The notes below the pieces were generated by a model. That model saw only the letters and a program-made list of their open reading frames with translations. It made no database searches and had not been told where the DNA came from. This document shows positions 58,370-64,000 of a stretch of 64,000 bases of DNA, piece by piece; position 1 is the stretch's first letter; each line of letters starts with the position of its first letter. Origin of the DNA: a virus (Duplodnaviria; Caudoviricetes); the IMG/VR virus record IMGVR_UViG_3300008262_003210; one strand, 5' to 3'. The position numbers and the translations under genes are program-made.

Positions 58370-58659
58370 TGAACCTTTGGCAAAAAGTTAAAGACTTCTG
58401 GATTCGAAGTTACACTAGTGATCGTCGTGCATTTTACTACGAGACTGTTGCCAGTGCCTGTGTATTTGTATCTATGACATGGATCAGTGTTACTGCACAA
58501 CACCCACCAATGCATTTAATTTATCCAGTAAGTTTTTTTGGTGCTGTTTTTAGTATCTTGGCATTTACTAGAAGAGGAGCTGGTTGGCCGCTAGTGATGA
58601 CTTGTTACTTTGCTTGTTTACATATATTTGGGTTCGGAAGAGCCATGGGGTGGTATTAA
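58369..58659 (+). CDS. small 3-TM membrane protein
   Basis: Three hydrophobic helices. Confidence 0.65.
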   Translation: MNLWQKVKDFWIRSYTSDRRAFYYETVASACVFVSMTWISVTAQHPPMHLIYPVSFFGAVFSILAFTRRGAGWPLVMTCYFACLHIFGFGRAMGWY

Positions 58660-58660
58660 T

Positions 58661-59092
58661 ATGAAAAAATTTTTAAAACGAATTCTTGGAATTGATAAGT
58701 TAGAAAAAGAAAAAGAAGAACTTCAAGCTGTAAGAGATAAAGCAGTAGCAGAAGCAGTAAGAGCTAAGGAAGCAGAGGAACTGGCTAAATTAACTCCAAA
58801 GGATCGTGCTACTAAAAAAGGCGAGCCTTGGGTAGCTGTACTAGATACTAAAATTAATAAAGATAATGTTCGCAACGGTTTCTTTGAATTAGATTGGAAC
58901 GAACATTTTATAACAGAACTCAAAAAAGCTGGGTATGGTTATGACGGTGATCCTGAAGAAGAAATTGTTGATCGTTGGTTCAGAGATCTTGCTGCAAACA
59001 TGCTAGCCGAAGCAGGACAAGATCCTAGTAGACACAATGCAGGTTACATAAATGTAACTAAACTTGCAGACGGAAAAGCAGTTATAGAATGA
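58661..59092 (+). CDS. hypothetical protein
   Basis: ATG 58661 preferred. Confidence 0.7.
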   Translation: MKKFLKRILGIDKLEKEKEELQAVRDKAVAEAVRAKEAEELAKLTPKDRATKKGEPWVAVLDTKINKDNVRNGFFELDWNEHFITELKKAGYGYDGDPEEEIVDRWFRDLAANMLAEAGQDPSRHNAGYINVTKLADGKAVIE

Positions 59093-59667
59093 AAATAATT
59101 GAAAGTAACGACTATATTGATTTGTACGATTGGTCTTCTTTAATAAAACAAGAAGATAACGAACAAATTAAAAATATATCTAAAGGCATTATTGATTCTG
59201 GAAACTATTTTACCAATAGTCCAAAGTTTCAAACCAAGCAAAATTTATTTGCTAGGCCAGAACGTGTTTTTTTAAAAATGCGTCAGAGTTTTATCTATAG
59301 TTGTTTTATGTATTTAGACAAAGAAGTTAAAATTAAAAACATCATGAGCTGGGTTTTTATGACTAACAACGAAACAGCCGAGGATAGGGATAATTTTTGG
59401 CACAATCATCATATCAGTGACAACAACGGAACTACTGATACACTTAGCGGTGTTTGGTATGTACACATTCCAAAAGTAGAAAATCAAGATATTACAGGAA
59501 CAGAGTTTTCTGTAAACCCAAAACCAAATTTTGAAGATACATATTTCTTAAAACCGAATCATTTGACATGGAACATATATTCTAGTAAACTGTGGCATAG
59601 ACCCGGTATTTGTGATACTAGCGAATATCGATTTGTTTTTGCCGCAGATATGGAATATTACAAATGA
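59089..59667 (+). CDS. putative 2OG-Fe(II) oxygenase-fold protein
   Basis: WHNH...SGVWYV...GTEF...LWHRP...RFV pattern. Confidence 0.55.
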   Translation: MKIIESNDYIDLYDWSSLIKQEDNEQIKNISKGIIDSGNYFTNSPKFQTKQNLFARPERVFLKMRQSFIYSCFMYLDKEVKIKNIMSWVFMTNNETAEDRDNFWHNHHISDNNGTTDTLSGVWYVHIPKVENQDITGTEFSVNPKPNFEDTYFLKPNHLTWNIYSSKLWHRPGICDTSEYRFVFAADMEYYK

Positions 59668-60650
59668 CATACATTCTGGTTGATACAGCCAATACATTCT
59701 TTCGTGCTAGGCACGTAGTTCAAGGCTCTGCTGACATTAAGTTGGGCATGGCATTTCATATTACTTTTAATAGTATTAAAAAGGCTTGGAACGATTTCGA
59801 AGGCAGTCATGTTGTATTCTGTCTCGAAGGTCGCTCGTGGCGTAAAGATTTTTACAAGCCATATAAAGCTAATAGGCAAGAAACTCGTGCGGCAATGACA
59901 CAACGAGAACAAGATGAAGATAAATTGTTCTGGGAAGCCTTTGACGAGTTTAAAAACTTCATTCAAGAAAAGACTAACTGCACAGTATTACACCATCCAC
60001 AACTAGAAGCAGATGACTTGATTGCTGGGTTTATACAAAATCATCCTGAAGACAAACATGTCATCATTTCAACTGACAGTGATTTTTATCAATTGATTGC
60101 GCCTAATGTAAGTCAGTACAACGGCGTACAGGAACATCATATCACACACGAAGGAATCTTTGATGCAAAAGGTAAACGTGTTAAAGACAAGAAAACAGGC
60201 GAAGATAAAGCAGTACCAAATCCAGAATGGCTCTTGTTTGAAAAATGTATGCGTGGTGATACCAGTGATAATGTCTTCTCGGCGTACCCGGGTGTACGTG
60301 TTAAAGGTACTAAAAACAAAGTTGGTCTTACTGAAGCGTTCGAAGATCGTAAAAGCAAAGGATTTGCGTGGAACAATCTCATGCTGCAGAGATGGGTTGA
60401 CCACAATGGACAAGAGCATAGAGTCTTAGAAGATTACAATCGTAATGTTACTCTAGTCGATTTAAAAGCACAACCAGACGACATTAAAACACTTATTAAC
60501 AAAACTATCGAAGTTGATTGCGTTCCAAAAGATGTTACACAAGTTGGCATTCGTATGCTTAAATTCTGTAATACATGGGACATGAAAAAGATTGCAGATA
60601 ACATTCAGCAATATGCTGAGCCATTCCAAGCAAAATATCAGGGAGAATAA
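59664..60650 (+). CDS. rnh: T4 RNase H-like 5'-3' exonuclease/flap endonuclease
   Basis: ILVDTAN, LEADD, STDSDF, GDTSDN acidic motifs. Confidence 0.88.
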   Translation: MTYILVDTANTFFRARHVVQGSADIKLGMAFHITFNSIKKAWNDFEGSHVVFCLEGRSWRKDFYKPYKANRQETRAAMTQREQDEDKLFWEAFDEFKNFIQEKTNCTVLHHPQLEADDLIAGFIQNHPEDKHVIISTDSDFYQLIAPNVSQYNGVQEHHITHEGIFDAKGKRVKDKKTGEDKAVPNPEWLLFEKCMRGDTSDNVFSAYPGVRVKGTKNKVGLTEAFEDRKSKGFAWNNLMLQRWVDHNGQEHRVLEDYNRNVTLVDLKAQPDDIKTLINKTIEVDCVPKDVTQVGIRMLKFCNTWDMKKIADNIQQYAEPFQAKYQGE

Positions 60651-60651
60651 C

Positions 60652-61146
60652 ATGGCAAACTGGAAAGTATCCACGTATTATAAAAAATCATGCGAAGAGC
60701 ATGAACTTTATACTAAAGACGGAATGACTATTCGCCGTAAAACAGGTTTCCGCTGGGCTAATTTCTATGTTGAAACGTCCGACGACAATCCGCCAGAATT
60801 TGAATTTGATTTTGTTCCTGGCGGTGATGGCAAAAAAGACAGCCTTGACATGTATAACTTGTCAGGACCAAATATTGAAAGTTCCGAACTCGAAGGCATG
60901 AATGACGGCTGTTGGGAAGAGTATGAGTGGCCCGAAGAGATGGACGAGGAAGAACAAGAACGATTACAAGAACTTATTGACGAAAGCAGCGCATACGAAG
61001 CATTAGAAGATGAAGAAGGTTGGATGTTAGATGAAAGCCAAGCATGGTGCTGGGGTCCAATTCTTATCGAAGATGAAAAAGGCAATCAAGTTAAAATTGT
61101 TATTGCCGACGAAGATGGAAACTGTGTAGAGTTCAAGGACGAATAA
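60652..61146 (+). CDS. hypothetical acidic protein
   Basis: GGAG RBS; very Glu/Asp-rich. Confidence 0.7.
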   Translation: MANWKVSTYYKKSCEEHELYTKDGMTIRRKTGFRWANFYVETSDDNPPEFEFDFVPGGDGKKDSLDMYNLSGPNIESSELEGMNDGCWEEYEWPEEMDEEEQERLQELIDESSAYEALEDEEGWMLDESQAWCWGPILIEDEKGNQVKIVIADEDGNCVEFKDE

Positions 61147-61149
61147 TAT

Positions 61150-61296
61150 ATGAAGTGCGAAACATGTGGCGAAAATATTAAAATGGACTGTAACTGGAAG
61201 CAAGGAAGGTGCCCGCATATTCCTCCCATGCTAACAAGTTATCACTTTAGATATTATAATTTGGTACAGTGGATCAAAGGGCTTTTTAAGAGATAA
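61150..61296 (+). CDS. small Cys/His protein (48 aa, absent from ORF track)
   Basis: Hand-translated MKCETCGENIKMDCNWKQGRCPH...GLFKR. Confidence 0.55.
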   Translation: MKCETCGENIKMDCNWKQGRCPHIPPMLTSYHFRYYNLVQWIKGLFKR

Positions 61297-61308
61297 ATAT
61301 ATGCGTAC
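61291..61308 (+). promoter_or_regulatory. 18-bp element containing TAAATA, copy 1
   Basis: AGATAAATATATGCGTAC identical to 62063-62080. Confidence 0.7.
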
Positions 61309-61349
61309 ATTACTAAGGTGCCTTAGGGGCCTGGTAAAAGGAGACTAAA

Positions 61350-61829
61350 ATGACAGAGATACATGCCAAACCCATTGTAGATGGAAAATTTTGGATCGTC
61401 GAGCAAGACGGTAATAAAATAGCTATCCTACACAAAAAAGAAAACAACAAATTTTTGTTATCTAGTTCTAACGGCGAAGTAATGTTTAATAAAAAAGACG
61501 ACCTTACTAAAGAATTTGGTAAAGATTTTTTTATTAAAAATGAAAAAATAAAAGTTACTGCTGTTGAACAAAATGAATGTCACGGATATGCAACATCATG
61601 CAAACCTTTCAATCCTATGTATGACGTTCAAAGAAGATTGCCATTGTTTACAAAATCAAATGCCAGTAAAAGTCTTTACTGTGCTGGATACTATATCATC
61701 AAGTTTGATAAAGGTTGGGTAAAAAGTCATTGCCCTAAACTTATAACTATTGAACGTTATCCGTATAAAGGTCCTTTCAAAACAGAATTTGAAATGAAAC
61801 AGGTACTTGCAAATGCAAAATCAAATTAA
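61350..61829 (+). CDS. hypothetical protein
   Basis: AAGGAG RBS. Confidence 0.75.
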   Translation: MTEIHAKPIVDGKFWIVEQDGNKIAILHKKENNKFLLSSSNGEVMFNKKDDLTKEFGKDFFIKNEKIKVTAVEQNECHGYATSCKPFNPMYDVQRRLPLFTKSNASKSLYCAGYYIIKFDKGWVKSHCPKLITIERYPYKGPFKTEFEMKQVLANAKSN

Positions 61830-62061
61830 TTTAACGCCCGTAACACAATTTATACAACAAGTTCGTTCAGCAGAACAAACTCAAAATAAAGAAGTTAAAA
61901 TGAGTATTCAACAAGCAAGGATGCTTGTTCTGACATTAGCAGAATGCATAGATAAACTTAATAAAGACTATGAAATGCTGTTTAACGACTTAAAACGTAG
62001 TGTTGATACTGAAATAGTAAGCGTTTCTATGGACGGTGGCGGGTTCGAAGAACAGAAATAA
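61813..62061 (+). CDS. hypothetical protein
   Basis: Helical ORF in operon. Confidence 0.65.
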   Translation: MQNQINLTPVTQFIQQVRSAEQTQNKEVKMSIQQARMLVLTLAECIDKLNKDYEMLFNDLKRSVDTEIVSVSMDGGGFEEQK

Positions 62062-62062
62062 A

Positions 62063-62099
62063 AGATAAATATATGCGTACTTATTTAGAGACGCATATA
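62063..62099 (+). promoter_or_regulatory. 18-bp element copy 2 plus 9-bp hairpin before the ATG
   Basis: TATATGCGT 62070-78 / ACGCATATA 62091-99. Confidence 0.7.
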
Positions 62100-62100
62100 C

Positions 62101-62385
62101 ATGAGTAGACCTAAACCAAAAGTTTTATTAGAACATACTAATAAAAAAACTTACAAATCGGAACAGATTTTAGAAGCTGACGCAATCTGGGCAGTTTTCT
62201 ACAAAAACGAGCCTTTTAATTTAAAGAGCTTTAATAGCCTCACGTCCTATCCTGGACCAAAATATAAAAAAGTTTCATTTAGTAATCCTGGCCATGCTCA
62301 CAACCTTGCTAAAAAATTAAATTTAACATTTGGAACAACAGATTTCCAAGTTGTTAAATTAACTTCTGGCACTATCATAAAATGA
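62101..62385 (+). CDS. hypothetical basic protein
   Basis: 94 aa ORF. Confidence 0.7.
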   Translation: MSRPKPKVLLEHTNKKTYKSEQILEADAIWAVFYKNEPFNLKSFNSLTSYPGPKYKKVSFSNPGHAHNLAKKLNLTFGTTDFQVVKLTSGTIIK

Positions 62386-62789
62386 TCCCAAGAGATGTTC
62401 TTACCAAAGTTTTTTTAAAACAGTGGGGTAAGAGTACAGACAACGCCAACGTGCAACTTTATTCGCATAAATGGTGGCAATCAAATCGTGTAAACAAGCA
62501 AAATGCTTTTCGATTAACAGAAGATGGTTTCAACTTTTTGGTTAACGATTTGGAATTACAAAATTACGAAATTCCATTTACTGAACCAATTGAACTTAGT
62601 CCCCAAACAATTATATTTTTGGAAAAATATATTGACTGTCCTTATTTTTTAACTAACCAAAGTATTACAGTTTTTTCCGAAAAAAAATCATTTGAACTGT
62701 ATTTGTTTTCAGACGATATACGCAAATTTGGACTAATTAAAGCCATGAATGAGCGTCAGAAAGATTTGGATAACGAAAAAAGCAGTTGA
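62382..62789 (+). CDS. hypothetical protein
   Basis: ATGA overlap. Confidence 0.7.
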   Translation: MIPRDVLTKVFLKQWGKSTDNANVQLYSHKWWQSNRVNKQNAFRLTEDGFNFLVNDLELQNYEIPFTEPIELSPQTIIFLEKYIDCPYFLTNQSITVFSEKKSFELYLFSDDIRKFGLIKAMNERQKDLDNEKSS

Positions 62790-62814
62790 CAAGACCTGCC
62801 CTGAGTGCTATAAT
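62786..62814 (+). promoter_or_regulatory. consensus sigma70 promoter
   Basis: TTGACA-17-TATAAT. Confidence 0.8.
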
Positions 62815-62864
62815 ACATACATAGCGTAACAAATTCATCCGCCCTCTTTTTGAAAGGTAATACC

Positions 62865-63956
62865 ATGGCAGAAATCGTTAGTCGTACTGTAGGCCCTAAA
62901 GGCGCTAAAAAGTCCCTACGCAAGGCATTTAAAAACAAGCGTCCAATTTTCCTGTGGGGTCCTCCAGGAATTGGTAAATCTGATATTATTAAACAACTCG
63001 GAGAAGAGTTGGATGCACACGTCATCGATGTGCGTCTTAGTTTGTGGGAACCTACAGACATTAAAGGTATTCCTTACTTTGACTCAAACTCAAATAAAAT
63101 GGTTTGGGCTCCTCCTAGCGAATTGCCAGATGCTGAAATGGCAAAGCAACATAAACAAATTGTTTTGTTTATGGACGAAATGAACTCTGCGGCTCCTGCT
63201 GTACAGGCTGCGGCTTATCAGTTGGTTTTGAACCGCCGTGTTGGCACATATACACTTCCCGACAATGTTGTGATGGTTGCAGCTGGTAACCGTGAAAGCG
63301 ACAAAGGTGTTACTTATCGTATGCCTGCTCCGCTGGCTAACCGCTTTGTTCACTTGGAAATGGCAATTGACTGGGACGACTGGCAAGAATGGGCTGTTGA
63401 AAATCGCATCCATAAAGATGTAGTTGGTTTCCTTACTTTTTCTAAAAAGGACTTGTACGACTTTGATCCTAAATCCGCTAGTCGTGCATTTGCTACACCG
63501 CGTAGCTGGTCGTTTGTAAGCGAGTTGCTGTTTGATGACGACTGCGATGTTGATACACTAACTGACCTAACTTCGGGTGCAGTTGGTGAAGGACTGGCTG
63601 TTAAGTTTATGGCACATCGTAAACATGCCAGCAAGATGCCTAACCCTACTGATATTTTGAGCGGTAAGGTTAAGAAAATGGAATCTAAAGAAATTTCAGC
63701 ACAATACTCTTTGGTTGTTAGTCTATGCTACGAACTCAAAGATGCTTGCGATAAAAATGTCAAGAATTGGAACGACCAAGTAAATTGCTTCTTCCAGTTT
63801 ATGATGGATAATTTCGAAACTGAGCTTGTTATTATGGGTACTAAACTTGCCCTAAGTACTTACAAGTTGCCTTTGGATCCGGACGAGATTCAATGTTTCG
63901 ATGATTTCCATGCAAAATTTGGTAAGTATATTGCACAGGCAACCGAAAAACAATAA
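62865..63956 (+). CDS. MoxR-like AAA+ ATPase
   Basis: GPPGIGKS, LFMDEMN, VAAGN, PLANRF, TPRSW. Confidence 0.85.
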   Translation: MAEIVSRTVGPKGAKKSLRKAFKNKRPIFLWGPPGIGKSDIIKQLGEELDAHVIDVRLSLWEPTDIKGIPYFDSNSNKMVWAPPSELPDAEMAKQHKQIVLFMDEMNSAAPAVQAAAYQLVLNRRVGTYTLPDNVVMVAAGNRESDKGVTYRMPAPLANRFVHLEMAIDWDDWQEWAVENRIHKDVVGFLTFSKKDLYDFDPKSASRAFATPRSWSFVSELLFDDDCDVDTLTDLTSGAVGEGLAVKFMAHRKHASKMPNPTDILSGKVKKMESKEISAQYSLVVSLCYELKDACDKNVKNWNDQVNCFFQFMMDNFETELVIMGTKLALSTYKLPLDPDEIQCFDDFHAKFGKYIAQATEKQ

Positions 63957-63957
63957 G

Positions 63958-63986
63958 TTGACAGGACCTTAGGGTCCTGTTAAACT
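63958..63986 (+). terminator. hairpin overlapping a sigma70-like promoter
   Basis: ACAGGACC-ttag-GGTCCTGT; TTGACA(63958)-17-TAAACT(63981). Confidence 0.65.
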
Positions 63987-64000
63987 ATACACATAGCAAA

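Noticed and set aside
951-63634. Many 60-150 aa antisense or overlapping ORFs in the track (e.g. 25296-25745, 32263-32706, 41815-42273, 55786-56226)
   Set aside because: They shadow well-supported + strand genes and show no motifs or RBS
1-64000. tRNA, rRNA, CRISPR array, integrase/transposase, DGR reverse transcriptase
   Set aside because: Intergenic gaps are short and no cloverleaf, spaced repeats or corresponding motifs were seen; tandem repeats found are in-frame coding repeats

Overview
The whole 64 kb window reads as part of a large, AT-rich, T4-related tailed phage genome, probably a jumbo phage; genome size and host cannot be determined from this window. Genes are densely packed and almost all on the + strand. 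In order: an Fe-S carrier (ErpA/IscA type); a ~20 kb block of very large tail-fibre/baseplate proteins; a truncated DnaE-like ORF, GroES, cytidylyltransferase, clamp loader, dCMP deaminase and PhoH; a lysis cassette (GH19 endolysin, spanin pair, holin); a DnaJ-deformylase-ClpA operon; and a ~9 kb block of putative head-packaged proteins with a shared N-terminal signature, including a ligase-like/nucleotidyltransferase pair and Dps. Then come family B DNA polymerase and a probable sliding clamp; a 7-deazaguanine DNA-modification cluster (TGT/DpdA-like, QueD-like, FolE, QueE, no QueC visible) interleaved with sugar and redox enzymes; and an RNase H-like exonuclease and a MoxR-like ATPase. Best leads: (1) the QueC-less deazaguanine plus glycosyltransferase/oxidoreductase cluster, a candidate new guanine hypermodification; (2) a mutually exclusive RNA switch over the phoH ribosome-binding site; (3) a candidate capsid-targeted ligase plus nucleotidyltransferase pair. 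Three frame breaks in two large genes may be assembly errors. All family assignments come from motif recognition by eye; no database search was run.
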